DNA of 64,000 nucleotides from Nitrospirota bacterium (GCA_963701855.1 CAVPBK010000006.1:1024001-1088000); one strand, 5' to 3'; positions 1 through 12,847 are shown, numbered from the stretch's first letter. The notes: generated by a model from the letters alone, not told the origin. Numbers and translations: made by a program.

Positions 1-1035
1 TCCTTTCCTCGGGTTTTGTTTGAGAACCTCGATCTCGAAAAGATCACCATGAATTTGGCCGAAAACTTCAAAGACACCGGTATTGAGTTCATCTGCGACC
101 CTCTGGTGTCCGTGGACCAGGAAAACGACGAAATTGTTTGCCAGAGCGGGCGCCGTCACTTTGATTATCTGATCTTGGCGACGGGCGCGCGTCACGCGTA
201 TGAGGTTCTCCCCGGCTCTCGCGAGTTCGCCTATTCGGTGTGCGATCCAGGAAGAATCCTGGAGACGCGGGAAGCACTGCTCAAATTCACGGGCGGGGAG
301 GTCTTCGCTGGGGTGGGTGCCGGCTATACCCCTTGCGATGGCCCGCCGATGGAGGTCCTCATGGACTTCGATTACCACCTGCGCACGATGGGGATTAGAG
401 ACCAGACACGCCTTCATCTTATCAGCGACAAGGAATGTCTTCTGCCGCCAGGCGGGCCAGAAATTTGGCAATACCTGGAAGACCTCTTCGAAAAACGCGG
501 GATCACCGTCCATCTTGAAGTCGGGCTCGTGCGGTTGGATGGGAAAACGCTGTATTTCAATGATGGGACAACGCAGCCGTATGATTTGTGCATCCTGGTA
601 CCGCCCTACCGAGGCATCAAGGCGCTAGAAAACTCCGGCCTGACCAACGAACGCGGATTCGTGCCCATGGACTGGAACACCATGCGGGCCGATCAATCGA
701 TCCACCGAAACATCTATGCGATCGGAGACTGCATCGGCAATCCCGGCCCCAAACAAGGTCACCTGGCCTTGATGCAGGCGACGGTCGCGGCTGAGCATGT
801 CGCTTGGAGGATCAACCGGGGGGGGCCGGTGAGGGCCTACCTACCTGAATTTCGTTGTGTGATGGACCAGGGAGGTGGAGAGGGGCTATATCTCTATTCT
901 CAATACATGTCGGACGGCGATGTGTTGGAAATCGAGCTGGGCGCAGAACCGTATGCCTCAAAAATCCGATTCGAAGAATTATTCATGGAGAAGAGAGGCG
1001 ACATCGGAGAACTGCATCATCAGATGATTAAATAG
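1..1035 (+). CDS. Sulfide:quinone oxidoreductase-like FAD-dependent oxidoreductase (5'-truncated by window)
   Basis: Frame is open from base 1. Motifs FDYLILATGA and YAIGD, plus two SQR-type Cys motifs (PCDGPPME, FRCVMDQG). Confidence 0.7.
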   Translation, partial: SFPRVLFENLDLEKITMNLAENFKDTGIEFICDPLVSVDQENDEIVCQSGRRHFDYLILATGARHAYEVLPGSREFAYSVCDPGRILETREALLKFTGGEVFAGVGAGYTPCDGPPMEVLMDFDYHLRTMGIRDQTRLHLISDKECLLPPGGPEIWQYLEDLFEKRGITVHLEVGLVRLDGKTLYFNDGTTQPYDLCILVPPYRGIKALENSGLTNERGFVPMDWNTMRADQSIHRNIYAIGDCIGNPGPKQGHLALMQATVAAEHVAWRINRGGPVRAYLPEFRCVMDQGGGEGLYLYSQYMSDGDVLEIELGAEPYASKIRFEELFMEKRGDIGELHHQMIK

Positions 1036-1436
1036 GCATGGCGGGCACACGCCAGAAGCCCATTGTCCGACCGTTGACATCATCATCCGGTCGCCAATGA
1101 TGCTCTGCAGCGATATCATAGCTGGTTTTCCTATCGATCGTCCACGACAAGCCGGGCGCTCCATCTCTCTTGCCGTTCTTTGCGATGACATCCGCCCTGA
1201 CATTACCCTCCGTTTCACTGCTGGTTTTGCTTCAGCTTCCTGGTCCCACGCAATCGCACTCCATTCCATTCTTCAGGAATAATTCTTCAGAGTTTCAACG
1301 CGAACATTGTTCACGGGTCCATACCATTTCACTCTCTCGTTTTCTCTACTCTTCGCTCTTCTCAGACAAAGACATGCCTGCTTTCTAAAGCGACTCATTG
1401 TGTGCGTCTCCCCATGGCACGCACCCAACGCAGCAG

Positions 1437-2138
1437 TTAAGGATATTCGAGCAATGAGAAGGTGAGTCGAACGGGCTGCCCCGCGCGTTCTCTCAACCAA
1501 CTCACGGTGTCACCCACGTTATGGGACAGGACCGTGGCCATCAGCGAGACGATCTTCTCACTAGGGCTGATAACAATATAGATCGTGCCTGGCGCACTGG
1601 AGGCAAGCAGCGATTCCGTAGGGCGGTCTGCTGCCACACATATTCGCTGATAGGCCAGGCGTTCTTCCGTCCTGCTATAGGGACTGTGCGTTGTGGTTGG
1701 CCCGGAGACGCAGCGCTACGGCTACCCCTATTCTGTGGCGTGTTTCAGTTCGACATATAAATCTGAGAGCTGACCGCGGACTTCGTGGCATGCACGTTTG
1801 CGCGGATGGGGGGAGGCAATTACCGCATATGCCATCATGCTCGGATACAGAATCATGAGCAGAGAGACAAGCATCGAAAGCCACAGCTACCGGAGGCGAG
1901 CCTGTGGCTGGCAGGCGACCTGCATGGTAGGCAGCACACCAATCATGCTCATCAGTAACCACCACCCCGCATCTCCGAGATACCAGTGGTCGACGTAATA
2001 CTGATTGTCACGGTGGATGCGAATCCATATCGGGAGGTCCGTTCCCCCCACGGCGATCGCGAGCAGAGGGAACGCGGTAGTGATGAGGGCCAGCGTCACC
2101 CGCAGAACCGTTTGGGGTTTGATGTGTCATGAACTCAT
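1437..2138 (-). pseudogene. Possible decayed membrane-protein gene
   Basis: ORFs 1887-2099 and 1437-1637 share one frame from ATG 2138. Hydrophobic segments continue across in-frame stops (2127, 1887, ~1730). Confidence 0.3.
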
Positions 2139-2382
2139 CTACGAGAACTCTAGCAGAGCGTGGTTATGTGACAAATCAGAAAGCCAAAACACGATTGTCC
2201 TTTTACCGCATTGGCGAGCTAACTCCATCCCGAAAGCGCGTGAGATGGTGAGACTGACCATACAGCATCAGACCAATTTCGAGTCTCTTTCTTAAGGAAC
2301 AGCTGGGCGATTTCGTTCGTAACTCCATGGAACGGGCCCAGTCTCTCTTCTGCCACGATGGGTTGTGAATAGGTTCAGAGGG

Positions 2383-5300
2383 TTATGCTCTGTCCGACGG
2401 TCTAGCGGTCTGTCCAAATTTAAAGTGAGGCACAACACCCTGCCTCGCGAACTTCGCTTCAGTCAAGGAGCAAAACCGCAGTCTTACACGATCGAGGTAG
2501 AGATAGACGATCGGTGTCGTGTACAGCGTGAGCAGTTGGCTGACAAGCAGGCCACCCACTATTGCAATGCCGAGTGGCCGCCGTAGCTCTGATCCCACCC
2601 CCGACCCGATTGCCAGAGGCAATGCCCCCAACAACGCCGCCATGGTCGTCATCATGATCGGCCGGAAGCGCATCAGACAAGCTTCATAGATTGCATCCTC
2701 CGGCGATTTCCCTTCTTTCCGCTCCGCCTCCAACGCGAAGTCGATCATCATAATGGCATTCTTCTTCACAATCCCGATCAGCAGAATGATACCGATCAAC
2801 GCGATCATGCTCAGTTCGGTCTTGAAGAGGAGCAGCGCGAGCAGTGCCCCGACTCCTGCGGACGGGATCGTGGACAGAATCGTGAGCGGGTGAATATAGC
2901 TCTCATAGAGGATTCCAAGCACAATATAGACTGTGATCAATGCCGCGAGGATCAGCAGCGGCTGATTCTCCAGCGAAGCTTGGAAGGCCTTGGCCGTACC
3001 CTGGAAACTGCCCCGGATGCCGCCCGGCAGACCGATGTCCCGCATGGATTTCTCAATCGCCTGCACGGCCTCACTGAGCGATGCGCCCGGTGCCATATTG
3101 AACGACAGGGTGATGCCCGGAAACTGCCCCTGATGATTGACGGATAAGAGCATTGAGGTGGGTTCATAGTGTGCCACCGTACTCAACGGTACCTGCATTC
3201 CGGCCGGCGACCGCACATAGATATCATTCAGCGCGGCGGAACTCTGCAAAAACTGCGGCGCGACTTCCATCACGACGTGATATTGGTTGAGCGGGGTGTA
3301 CATGATCGATACCTGCCTCTGACCGAAGGCATCATAGAGGGTGTCGTCGATGAGCTGCGGGCTGAGGCCCAGCCGCGAGGCGGTGCTTCGGTCGAATACA
3401 ACCAGCGATTGCAGGCCCTTGTCTTGTTGATCGCTGTTCACATCCACGATCTCCGGCAGGGTGCGCAACTGGCGCTCGACCCTTGGCGCCCAGGTACTGA
3501 GTTCAGCGAGATCGACGCTCTGCAGGGTGTACTGATATTGCGCGCTGCTGGCACGCCCGCCGATCCGCAAATCCTGGACCACCTGCAGATAGGTCGGCGC
3601 GCCCGGCACCTTGGCAAGTTTGCCGCGCAGCCTGGCGATCACTTGATCGGCGCTGAGGAGCCGTTCTTCGAGCGGCTTCAAGGAGATGAACATACGCCCG
3701 GTGTTGGTCGTGCTTCCTCCCCCGCCCCCAGTGAACCCCATCACATTATCTACGGCAGGATCGCTCTGGATGATTTCCACCACCTCGGTCAGCTTCTGGC
3801 GCATGGCTTGAAACGAAATATCCTGCGAGGCCTGGATGTTGCCGCTCAGGCGACCGGTGTCCTGCTGGGGGAAGAAGCCTTTGGGAATGATGACGTAGAG
3901 GTAGATGCTGACACCCATGGTGGCCAGCGTCACAGCGAGCATGCTGCGAGGATGCCGCAGGATCCAGGTGAGGCTCGTCGCGTAGCCGCCACGCATCCCT
4001 TCGAAGACCCGCTCGCTCATCCGGTACCACCATCCATGGGAGGAATTCTGTTCCGGTTTCAGCAGTAGGGCACACATCATGGGGGTCGTAGTGAGCGACA
4101 CCACGAGCGAGACGATGATGGCCACGGAGAGCGTCACCGCAAATTCGCGGAACAACCGCCCGACCATTCCACCCATCAACAAGATAGGGAGGAACACCGC
4201 CACGAGGGAGAGGCTCATCGAGAGGACCGTGAAGGTAATCTCTTTCGCTCCACGCAATGCCGCTTGGAACGGCGGGATCCCTTGTTCGCGATACCGACTG
4301 ATATTCTCCAAGACGACGATTGCATCGTCCACGACGAAGCCGGTCGCGATAGTGAGCGCCATGAGCGAGAGATTATCCAAACTATACCCGCAGAGGTACA
4401 GGACGCCGAACGTCGAGATCAGCGAGACCGGTACCGCGACGATGGGGACGAGGGTCGCGCGCGTACTTCGGAGGAACATAAACACCACCAGGATGACGAG
4501 AGCCACGGAAATGGCGAGGGTCCGTTCGACGTCGTGCAGCGAGGCACGGATGACCGGGGTTCGGTCCATCACCACTGAGAGTGTCATGCTGCCGGGAATC
4601 GAGGCCTCCAGTTGCGGGAGCAGCGCGCGGACCCGATCCACCGTCTCGATAATATTCGCCCCCGGCTGCCGAAAAATGACGACGAGCACCGCCGGTTTGC
4701 CGTTCGCCGTTCCCGTTGCCCGCAAGTCCTCGACCGAATTTTCGACGGTCGCGACGTCAGACAGCTGCACCGCTCGACCTTCCCGGAACGCCACGACCAA
4801 GGGCAGATAGTCCTCAGCGGTATCGAGCTGATCGTTGGACCTGATCTCCCATGTGCGGGATCCGTCCGTCAGCTGACCTTTCGGCCGATTCACGTTGGTG
4901 CCACTCAGCATTCTGCGGACATCTCCCAGCCCGACCCCATACTTGTTCAGCGCGGTGGGATTGAGATCGACGCGGACAGCCGGGAGCGAGCCGCCTCCCA
5001 CGTTTACCTGCCCAACCCCTTCGACCTGTGAGAGTTTCTGCTGGAGAATGCTCGACGCGGCGTCGTACATCTTGCCCCGGCCGACGATCTCCGAGGTCAC
5101 TGCAAGGATCAGCACCGGGGCGTCGGCCGGATTGACTTTGCGATACTTTGGACTGCTCGGAAGAATTGCCGGAAGATCGGCACGCGCCGCGTTGATCGCC
5201 GCTTGGACGTCACGGGCGGCGCCATCGATGTCGCGGCTCAGTTCGAACTGTAAGGTGACGCTCGTGGACCCAAGTGTGCTATTGGAGGTCATTTCAGTTA

Positions 5301-5529
5301 CGCCCGCGATGCGGGTGAACTGACGCTCCAGTGGAGCCGCGATTGAGGTGGCCATGGTCTCGGGGCTGGCGCCCGGCAGATTCGCCGAGACGTTGATCGT
5401 CGGAAACTCTACTTCCGGGAGGGCGGCCACGGGAAGAAGTCGAAAGGCCACCACTCCGATTAGCGTGACGCCGATCGTCAACAACGTGGTGGCGACGGGA
5501 CGATGAATGAACGTAGCCGAAATGTTCAT
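2383..5529 (-). CDS. mdtC: RND efflux permease MdtC
   Basis: 1048 aa; [11 protein letters not shown] start, [27 protein letters not shown]; second of two tandem RND genes. Confidence 0.9.
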   Translation of the reverse strand: MNISATFIHRPVATTLLTIGVTLIGVVAFRLLPVAALPEVEFPTINVSANLPGASPETMATSIAAPLERQFTRIAGVTEMTSNSTLGSTSVTLQFELSRDIDGAARDVQAAINAARADLPAILPSSPKYRKVNPADAPVLILAVTSEIVGRGKMYDAASSILQQKLSQVEGVGQVNVGGGSLPAVRVDLNPTALNKYGVGLGDVRRMLSGTNVNRPKGQLTDGSRTWEIRSNDQLDTAEDYLPLVVAFREGRAVQLSDVATVENSVEDLRATGTANGKPAVLVVIFRQPGANIIETVDRVRALLPQLEASIPGSMTLSVVMDRTPVIRASLHDVERTLAISVALVILVVFMFLRSTRATLVPIVAVPVSLISTFGVLYLCGYSLDNLSLMALTIATGFVVDDAIVVLENISRYREQGIPPFQAALRGAKEITFTVLSMSLSLVAVFLPILLMGGMVGRLFREFAVTLSVAIIVSLVVSLTTTPMMCALLLKPEQNSSHGWWYRMSERVFEGMRGGYATSLTWILRHPRSMLAVTLATMGVSIYLYVIIPKGFFPQQDTGRLSGNIQASQDISFQAMRQKLTEVVEIIQSDPAVDNVMGFTGGGGGSTTNTGRMFISLKPLEERLLSADQVIARLRGKLAKVPGAPTYLQVVQDLRIGGRASSAQYQYTLQSVDLAELSTWAPRVERQLRTLPEIVDVNSDQQDKGLQSLVVFDRSTASRLGLSPQLIDDTLYDAFGQRQVSIMYTPLNQYHVVMEVAPQFLQSSAALNDIYVRSPAGMQVPLSTVAHYEPTSMLLSVNHQGQFPGITLSFNMAPGASLSEAVQAIEKSMRDIGLPGGIRGSFQGTAKAFQASLENQPLLILAALITVYIVLGILYESYIHPLTILSTIPSAGVGALLALLLFKTELSMIALIGIILLIGIVKKNAIMMIDFALEAERKEGKSPEDAIYEACLMRFRPIMMTTMAALLGALPLAIGSGVGSELRRPLGIAIVGGLLVSQLLTLYTTPIVYLYLDRVRLRFCSLTEAKFARQGVVPHFKFGQTARPSDRA

Positions 5530-8500
5530 ACCGAACCAGGCTCGATGGCTTCATGACTCGCGGTTGAGGATCGGCGCTCCCCCATCCGTCGGGCCAATCG
5601 GTCGAACGCGAGGTACACCACCGGTGTCGTATAGAGTGTCAGTACCTGACTGACGATCAACCCGCCGACGATGGCAATACCGAGCGGTCGCCGCAATTCC
5701 GATCCGACACCCGTACTCATGGCCAGCGGCAACGCGCCAAGTAAGGCCGCCATCGTCGTCATCATAATAGGCCTAAACCGGAGCAAGCAGGCCTCATAGA
5801 TCGCCTCCTCCGGCCGTTTCCCTTCCTTGCGCTCCGCTTCCAGCGCAAAGTCGATCATCATAATGGCGTTCTTCTTCACGATCCCGATCAGTAGCACGAT
5901 GCCGATCAGTGCGATTACACTGAACTCAGTCCGGAAGAGCATCAGTGCGAGAAGCGCCCCAACCCCCGCGGACGGCAACGTGGAGAGAATCGTCAGAGGA
6001 TGAATATAGCTTTCGTACAGAATCCCGAGCACGATGTAGACGGTGATCAGCGCGGCGAGAATCAGCCACGGCTGGTTCTCCAGCGAAACCTGGAAAGCTT
6101 GGGCTGTGCCCTGAAAACTGCCCCGGATACTAGTCGGAAGATTGATCTCCTGAGTGGTCCGCTCGATTGCCGTGACCGCGTCACCGAGCGAGCCGCCCGG
6201 CGCAAGATTAAACGAGAGCGTGACCGCAGGGAACTGCCCCTGACGGCTCACCACAAGCGGGGTCGTGGTTTCCGCCACCTGGGTGAACACGTTCAAGGGC
6301 ACCTGGCCTCCGCTGAGGGACCGGACATCGAGATACTGCAACGCCCGCGGACCCTGTTGAAACTCCGGCATCACTTCCAGCACGACACGATACTGGTTCA
6401 ACTGGGTAAACATTGTGGACACCTGCCGCTGGCCGAATGCATCGTACAGCGTATCGACAATGACTTGCGGGGTGATGCCCATGCGCGACGCTGTGTTGCG
6501 GTCGATGACGAGCATGGATGCGAGCCCTTGATCTTGTTGATCGCTGCTCACGTCGCGTAGCTCGGGAAGCGTCTGCAAGACCTCGACGAGCTTCGGCGCC
6601 CACCGGTTCAACTCCTCGGGATCCGCGTCTTCGAGGGTGTACTGATACTGCGTCCGGCTCACGCGATCCTCCACCGTAAGGTCCTGCACTGGCTGCAGGA
6701 ACAAGGCAATCCCATCGACCCTGGTCAGTTTCGATTGCAGGCGGTGGATGACGTCGCCGGCACTGATCCTCCGCTCGCCGAGCGGCTTTAAGTTGATCTG
6801 GATACGCCCGCTGTTAAGGGTACTGTTCGTACCATCCACCCCGATGAACGAGGAGAGACTGGCGACGGCGGGATCGGTCAAGATCATGGCCGCCAACGCC
6901 TGCTGCCGTTCGACCATTGCCGAGAACGAAATCGATTGGGGGGCTTCGGAGATGCCCAGAATCACACCCGTGTCCTGACTAGGAAAGAAACCCTTGGGTA
7001 CGACGACATAGAGCAGGAGGGTGAGGATCAACGTGCCCATCGCTACGGCCAGCGTAGCTGGTTGATGGTTCAAGACCCACCGCAGCGTCGTACCATAGGC
7101 CGCGATGCTCCGGTCGAACACCTCTTGGGAGACGCGATAGAACCTGCCGTGATCCGACTTCGTGGTGTGGCGCAGCAATCTGGCGCACATCATCGGGGTC
7201 AGCGTCAGTGAAACCACGGCCGAAATGAGGATCGTGACACTGAGCGTGAGAGCAAACTCGCGGAACAACCGGCCTACCACATCGCCCATGAACAGGAGCG
7301 GAATCAACACAGCGATGAGCGAAATGGTCAGGGAGAGAATCGTAAATGCAATCTGCTTGGATCCCTTGAGCGCGGCCTGAAGCGGCGAGTCGCCTTTCTC
7401 GATGTATCGTGCGATGTTTTCGATCATCACAATTGCATCGTCCACCACGAAGCCTGTCGAGATCGTGAGTGCCATCAACGTCAGATTGTTCAGGCTGAAC
7501 CCCATCAGATACATGATCCCGAAGGTACCGACCAGGGACAACGGCACGGCCGCGGCGGGAATGACGGTGGCGGAGAGGGTGCGGAGGAATAGGAAGATCA
7601 CCATGGTCACCAGCGCGACCGCCAGCATCAGTTCAAACTGCACGTCTCGAACCGACGCGCGAATGGAAATCGTGCGATCCGTCAGCACGGTCACCTGGAC
7701 GGACGATGGCAGCGCGCTTTGCAACTGTGGCAGTAGTTTCTTAATGCGGTCCACCACGTCGATGACATTGGCGCCCGGTTGACGCTGGATGTTGACGATC
7801 ACCGCCGGATCCTCGTTCATCCAGGCCGCCTGTTTGACGTTCTCCACATCGTCGATCACAGTCGCGACGTCGGACAGATGCACCGGCGCGCCGTTGCGGT
7901 AGGTGACGATCAGCGGCTGATATTCTTTGCTCGAGAGCAGCTGATCCGTCGCATTGATGATAGAGGCCCGTTTCGGGCCATCGAACGTGCCCTTTGCTTG
8001 ATTGACATTCGCTGCGGCCACGGCGACGCGCAGATCCTCCAGCGTGAGCCCATAAGCCGACAAGGCTCTCGGATTTGCCTGAATCCGCACAGCCGGACGC
8101 TGTCCGCCACTGATGCTCACGAGCCCAACGCCGGACAATTGCGAAATCTTCTGAGCGAACCGGGTTTCAGCGAGATCTTCTACCTGAGACAGAGGTAGGG
8201 TGTCAGACGTCAGCGCCAGCGTCAGGATCGGCGCATCCGCGGGGTTGACCTTGCTGTAGACGGGAGGGCTCGGCAGATCGCGCGGCAAAAATGTCGAGGC
8301 CCCATTGATGGCGGCCTGCACCTCCTGCTCTGCGATGTCCAGGTTGATCTCCAAACTAAATTGCAGCGTGATGACCGAACTGCCGCCGGAACTGGTGGAC
8401 GTCATCTGATTCAACCCAGGCATCTGCCCGAACTGGCGTTCTAATGGTGCCGTGACGGAGGACGCCATCACGTCCGGACTTGCGCCTGGGTAGAAGGTGA

Positions 8501-8642
8501 GCACCTGAATGGTTGGGTAATCGACTTGGGGAAGAGCCGAAACCGGCAGCTGTCGATAGGCAATGATACCGGCGAGCAGAATGGCGGCCATCAACAGGGC
8601 TGTTGCCACAGGCCGCAGGATGAACAGACGCGACGGATTCAC
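5526..8642 (-). CDS. mdtB: RND efflux permease MdtB
   Basis: 1038 aa; [14 protein letters not shown] start typical of MdtB/Mux[12 protein letters not shown]; 4-bp overlaps with both neighbours. Confidence 0.92.
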   Translation of the reverse strand: MNPSRLFILRPVATALLMAAILLAGIIAYRQLPVSALPQVDYPTIQVLTFYPGASPDVMASSVTAPLERQFGQMPGLNQMTSTSSGGSSVITLQFSLEINLDIAEQEVQAAINGASTFLPRDLPSPPVYSKVNPADAPILTLALTSDTLPLSQVEDLAETRFAQKISQLSGVGLVSISGGQRPAVRIQANPRALSAYGLTLEDLRVAVAAANVNQAKGTFDGPKRASIINATDQLLSSKEYQPLIVTYRNGAPVHLSDVATVIDDVENVKQAAWMNEDPAVIVNIQRQPGANVIDVVDRIKKLLPQLQSALPSSVQVTVLTDRTISIRASVRDVQFELMLAVALVTMVIFLFLRTLSATVIPAAAVPLSLVGTFGIMYLMGFSLNNLTLMALTISTGFVVDDAIVMIENIARYIEKGDSPLQAALKGSKQIAFTILSLTISLIAVLIPLLFMGDVVGRLFREFALTLSVTILISAVVSLTLTPMMCARLLRHTTKSDHGRFYRVSQEVFDRSIAAYGTTLRWVLNHQPATLAVAMGTLILTLLLYVVVPKGFFPSQDTGVILGISEAPQSISFSAMVERQQALAAMILTDPAVASLSSFIGVDGTNSTLNSGRIQINLKPLGERRISAGDVIHRLQSKLTRVDGIALFLQPVQDLTVEDRVSRTQYQYTLEDADPEELNRWAPKLVEVLQTLPELRDVSSDQQDQGLASMLVIDRNTASRMGITPQVIVDTLYDAFGQRQVSTMFTQLNQYRVVLEVMPEFQQGPRALQYLDVRSLSGGQVPLNVFTQVAETTTPLVVSRQGQFPAVTLSFNLAPGGSLGDAVTAIERTTQEINLPTSIRGSFQGTAQAFQVSLENQPWLILAALITVYIVLGILYESYIHPLTILSTLPSAGVGALLALMLFRTEFSVIALIGIVLLIGIVKKNAIMMIDFALEAERKEGKRPEEAIYEACLLRFRPIMMTTMAALLGALPLAMSTGVGSELRRPLGIAIVGGLIVSQVLTLYTTPVVYLAFDRLARRMGERRSSTASHEAIEPGSV

Positions 8643-9925
8643 GGCCGCGCCCCGCTTCCTGGCTTCTCGGCCCCTTGGGACGGCTGATCGATTCCGCCTT
8701 GTCCTGGTACCCGCGAGTCGTTCTGGCGCTGGACTTCTACCTTGCTCCCTTCCCGCAGTTTCTCAGTGCCATCAACCACGACAAGTTCATCGGGAGACAG
8801 GCCCGTATCAATGGACGCCTCCTCTCCATGGCTGGCCCCCACCGTGACAGGTCGCACGCCCACTGTCCGGTCGGCATGTACCACATATACGAATGTCCCC
8901 TTCGGCCCTCGCTGCACGGCAGCCGACGGTACGACTGTGGTGCCGCGTTTGACGTCCAACAGCAGGCGGGCATTGACGAACTGATTGGGGAACAACTCAC
9001 TGTCGTCGTTCGGGAATACCGCTTTCAGCCGCACCGTCCCGGTATTCGGATCGATCTGGTTGTCCACCGTCAGCAAGGTTCCTGTGGCCAGCTTTCGCTT
9101 CTGCTCCCGATCAAACGCTTCGACCGTCAACGATTGCCCGGTTCTGAGCTTCTCCATTACGGCGGGGAGACTATCTTCAGCGATGGTGAAGACCACGGTA
9201 ATCGGTTGAAGTTGCGTGATGACCAACAGCCCATTGGCATCGTTCGCATGGACCAGGTTGCCCTGATCTACAATCCGCAACCCGATCCGTCCATTGATGG
9301 GAGCGGTGATGCGGGAATACGTGATCTGCAGCTTCGCGTTGTCGATCTGCCCCTGATCGACCTGGACCATCCCTTCCAGCTGGCGGACCAACGCCTCTTG
9401 GGTATCGAGTTGCTGCTTGGGAATAAATCCCTGCTGCAACAGTCCACGATATCGTTCGAGGTCGACTTGGGCATTTCTCAGTTGAGACCGGTCGCGCGCC
9501 ATCTGTCCTTCGGCCTGGGTGAGTTGCACCTGAAATGGGCGCGGATCGATTTCGGCCAGCAGGTCTCCGCTGCGGACAATCTGGCCTTCTTTAAACCGTA
9601 CGTGCATGAGTTGCCCGTCGACGCGACTCCTCACCGTCACGGTATTGAGCGGAATGACCGACCCAAGTCCGTTGAGATAGACGCTGATGTCGCCGATTTT
9701 CGCAGTCGCTGCCACAACCGGCATGGTGCGCGCCGCTTGAGGATTCGCTCCTTGACCTGCCGCGCGCAATTGCGTCTCGTCGGACTTCGTCAGCAGGGCA
9801 TATCCGGCGACGGCAAGAACACAGGCCACGAAGAGCCCGAGCACCCAACGTTTGAGCGACTTGGCAAAACCCATTGAATCTGGCATCTCGGTCTTCTCTG
9901 GTTCTTGGGGCATTGTCGTCATCAT
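8639..9925 (-). CDS. mdtA: RND periplasmic adaptor MdtA
   Basis: N-terminal [42 protein letters not shown]; exact start uncertain. Confidence 0.9.
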   Translation of the reverse strand: MMTTMPQEPEKTEMPDSMGFAKSLKRWVLGLFVACVLAVAGYALLTKSDETQLRAAGQGANPQAARTMPVVAATAKIGDISVYLNGLGSVIPLNTVTVRSRVDGQLMHVRFKEGQIVRSGDLLAEIDPRPFQVQLTQAEGQMARDRSQLRNAQVDLERYRGLLQQGFIPKQQLDTQEALVRQLEGMVQVDQGQIDNAKLQITYSRITAPINGRIGLRIVDQGNLVHANDANGLLVITQLQPITVVFTIAEDSLPAVMEKLRTGQSLTVEAFDREQKRKLATGTLLTVDNQIDPNTGTVRLKAVFPNDDSELFPNQFVNARLLLDVKRGTTVVPSAAVQRGPKGTFVYVVHADRTVGVRPVTVGASHGEEASIDTGLSPDELVVVDGTEKLREGSKVEVQRQNDSRVPGQGGIDQPSQGAEKPGSGARP

Positions 9926-9964
9926 GATCCTGCGAAACGAGCGTAACACCGAACGGCGAGCCTC

Positions 9965-10405
9965 CTACTTCATCAATTTCAGCTGCTCCTGGGTGGTGTG
10001 CAAGTAGTCGCGCGAAACCTGCCAGTGCCGTTGGAGTTTGGCATAGAGCCCATCCAACTTTTCTTGCTGTTCCCCAGACAACTTGGTCTTAATCTCGGCC
10101 ATTCCTTGAGTCAAAGCCTGCTCGACTTCCGGTTGATGCGCAAATCGCAATTGTAGGATTTCTACATGAGCCCGGCTGATTATCGGCTCAATGTCGGCTT
10201 GCTGCGCCGGCGTCAAGGTCAACTCGTGAGTCAGGCGCTTCATGATTCGCTCGTGCTTCGCGGCCGGGCCTCGCTCCCATCGATGTTCCTGTTCGTATTG
10301 GTGGTAGAGGGTGGTTCCGGCAATTCCCGTCAGCGCTCCCGCGATGAACAAGACCACGAGTCCACCCCACAATTTCCCTGATACCATGACCGCGTCCTCC
10401 TCCAT
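9965..10405 (-). CDS. Membrane-anchored helical periplasmic protein (Spy/heavy-metal-sensor-like)
   Basis: N-terminal TM; ELTLTPAQQ and KLSGEQQ resemble LTXXQ repeats. Confidence 0.65.
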   Translation of the reverse strand: MEEDAVMVSGKLWGGLVVLFIAGALTGIAGTTLYHQYEQEHRWERGPAAKHERIMKRLTHELTLTPAQQADIEPIISRAHVEILQLRFAHQPEVEQALTQGMAEIKTKLSGEQQEKLDGLYAKLQRHWQVSRDYLHTTQEQLKLMK

Positions 10406-10413
10406 CCTCCGAC

Positions 10414-10731
10414 CTACTCGCTGAGCGGCATCACCACATCGAGCTCATTCGACAGTAACGCGGTGAGTTCGACTGCATCCCGGTTGGTGTAGAACAACAC
10501 GGAGCTGGTAAAGACCAGAGCCAGTACGGCGGCCACTGCCGCTGTTCTCCACACAAGCCGATCGAGCCCCAGCGCCATCATCGATTGCCCGTGTCCGTTG
10601 GCTTCGCGGCGGACGTCCTGCATGAGACGGAAGGTCCAGTCGGCACCGAGCGACGGCACCTGGCGCGAGCGATGGGCCTCCGTCAACGCGCGCTCTACTT
10701 TTTTGAGGTTGTCATCGTTGAGTAGTGTCAT
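10414..10731 (-). CDS. Putative membrane-bound anti-sigma factor
   Basis: ATG 10731 overlaps the end of the ECF sigma gene; short soluble N-terminus followed by a single TM helix. Confidence 0.6.
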   Translation of the reverse strand: MTLLNDDNLKKVERALTEAHRSRQVPSLGADWTFRLMQDVRREANGHGQSMMALGLDRLVWRTAAVAAVLALVFTSSVLFYTNRDAVELTALLSNELDVVMPLSE

Positions 10732-11398
10732 CTTCCTGTCGTGTCCTTTCGAGTAGTAGTGTGCGGAGGATCTGTCGGGCTCGATGTGCCCGCACCTTGA
10801 CGTTGACCACGCTCCAGCCCAACAGTCCGGCTGCTTCGCGAACGGAGTAGCCATCAAGATGGACCAGCGTCAGTACGAGGCGGTTTTCAGCCGAAAGATG
10901 ACCCAAGGCCCATTGCAGCAACTCCGCCGCTTCCTGCTTCCTGGCCTGTTCACAAAACTGGGCGTCGGATTCCGCCGCCAGCGCATGGTCCATCCAGGCC
11001 TGATGTTCCGTGGCTAACGCGCTCACCGGGAGTTCCTCTCGACGCCTCGCTCGCCAGAAGTCATAGCACGTCCGGACGGCGATACCGGACAACCAGTGTT
11101 CGAACGGGGTCTGCCCAGAAAAGCTCGATAAGCTGGTGTAGGCTCGGACGAAGACGTCATGAGCGACCTCCGCCACTCGATCAGTCGGCACATGCCGATT
11201 CGTGATTTTCGCGACGTGCTGCTGATACCGCGCGATCAGCTCCGCAAAAGAGTCGATCTCTCCATGCAATACCCGCCAGATAATCTCATGATCATCGGAC
11301 ACCAGAATCTGCACTCCAATGAAGTCGAGGCACTCCGTTGCCGCGTGCCCAGGCATTGCATCATACCCCTCATCTGCTGATGCGACCACACCAGTCAC
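10712..11398 (-). CDS. ECF-family RNA polymerase sigma factor
   Basis: Region 2 (AHDVFVRAY..FEHWLSGIAVRTCYDFWR) and region 4 (GYSVREAAGLLGWSVVNVKVRAHRAR); true start may lie further downstream. Confidence 0.9.
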   Translation of the reverse strand: MTGVVASADEGYDAMPGHAATECLDFIGVQILVSDDHEIIWRVLHGEIDSFAELIARYQQHVAKITNRHVPTDRVAEVAHDVFVRAYTSLSSFSGQTPFEHWLSGIAVRTCYDFWRARRREELPVSALATEHQAWMDHALAAESDAQFCEQARKQEAAELLQWALGHLSAENRLVLTLVHLDGYSVREAAGLLGWSVVNVKVRAHRARQILRTLLLERTRQEDDTTQR

Positions 11399-11436
11399 GG
11401 ATAAACACCCGTGGTGTCGTCAGGCGACCCCATGGC

Positions 11437-12054
11437 TTAGCCGGCCTGTAGACCGTTCTCAGCATCATGTGGGGTACTCTCCGATGCCGGAGTCATCCCT
11501 TCGGCGGTCTGCTCCGGATCAGCTGCGTCCATTCCCTGACTGCTGAACATGCGGGCACGATGCGTCTGCCGCATCTGGTTCCGCAAGGCTTTCTGTTTCT
11601 CACGCTGTACGGGGGTCAACACTCCGTAGAGATCGCGCTTGGCTTTGATCCCCATGAAACTCAGCGTGGCTTCGAACGATTCGCGTTCTTTGACCTTCGC
11701 TTCGATGACGGACAGCTCCGTCTTTTCATCCGCTACGAGCGCCCGGAGCTCCCGCTCCGCCACCTGCACATCCGCGTGAGCCCGAATCCGTGCGCGGTCC
11801 TGGTCAAGAGCGAGAACCTTCAGCTTCGTGACTTGGTCGTCCGTCAGGCCGAGGTCCTGTTGATGCTTGAGGAGGTTGCGAAGGAGATGTGACGTCATGC
11901 CTCCGTGACCCGACATGTCGTGCCGAGCCATGCCGAACGCATGGCCACCACCCCTGCAGGCCGTCCCCCCGTCCGCCCAGGCGGATGGAGTCGCCATTCC
12001 CAACAGCATCGTGCCTGCCGCAACCCCGAGAAGTATTTTCATTCCACGCTTCAT
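11437..12054 (-). CDS. Spy/CpxP-family periplasmic chaperone
   Basis: Signal peptide ending AWA, G/M/H-rich linker, two LTXXQ motifs (LTDDQ, LTPVQ); GAGGA SD before ATG 12054. Confidence 0.8.
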   Translation of the reverse strand: MKRGMKILLGVAAGTMLLGMATPSAWADGGTACRGGGHAFGMARHDMSGHGGMTSHLLRNLLKHQQDLGLTDDQVTKLKVLALDQDRARIRAHADVQVAERELRALVADEKTELSVIEAKVKERESFEATLSFMGIKAKRDLYGVLTPVQREKQKALRNQMRQTHRARMFSSQGMDAADPEQTAEGMTPASESTPHDAENGLQAG

Positions 12055-12128
12055 AGGATCCTCCTTGATGAAAAAGAATGCCTGTGGGACCAACTCGTCC
12101 ATGTTGCTACTTCACCCCTTATCCATCA

Positions 12129-12156
12129 AGTCGCTCCAACAAAGAAAAAGGTTACA
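12129..12156 (-). promoter_or_regulatory. Putative ECF-sigma promoter
   Basis: Minus strand TGTAACC-N16-CGACT upstream of the spy-like gene. Confidence 0.55.
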
Positions 12157-12847
12157 CACGCTGGCCAGCCGGAGCCGGGACGCGAAGGGCGCGCAAGGCA
12201 ATCTAGTAGAACCCTATGATTGACAAAGGAATTGTCACTATCAGTCATTCCCACCGTCAGTTTGCCTCAATAATCTGATTAGTCTTTTTCAGGCGAGACT
12301 GAGCCGTCTACTCCGGTGTCGCCTCATGTCCTCCTCCCGCAGTCATAGCACAGACACATTTCACTTGCGGAATTGATCAGCCAATACGTGGCATTCGCGG
12401 ACGACCCGCAGAGGGAAAACCTGTTTCCCTGATCATGCTGCGGTGGGGGACAGTGGAAAGTGAGTGTTAGCAGGGTGAGCTCTCAAGATCTTGGAGGCTG
12501 AAATTCTCGCAGGTTTTGTGGACAGCCGACCAGCGGTTTAGGAATGGAAGCAAGACGATTTTTAAAAGGCTCGGTGTTTCATAATGGTTTCCCCGTTTCT
12601 TAGTTGAATACCGAGACTTAGGAATATTACAGCCGTTCCACTGATTCCATGGATTCTCATCAATTCAGGCAGCTTTTAACACAAATTTAGCACAGCTCAA
12701 TACCATACAGTATAAGCGCCTCAGTACCTCCATTAATCGATAAGCCCAACCGACGGACCTTCAGCTCGCGGAGGCAGCAACGGCACTGCACTCCACCAAA
12801 AAGGCGGTGACCACCCCCATGCCCGGGTAAGTAGCGCGTGCACCAGC

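Noticed and set aside
2383..8642. Near-identical DNA at the 3' ends of mdtB and mdtC
   Set aside because: Expected paralogy of RND subunits, not an independent repeat.
8675..9877. 400-aa plus-strand ORF and similar long antisense ORFs over RND genes
   Set aside because: Shadow ORFs of GC-rich coding sequence, with no motifs.
12467..12582. Possible lipoprotein remnant (MKHRAF..LVGCPQ) on the minus strand
   Set aside because: Needs two frameshifts within ~60 bp; too speculative.
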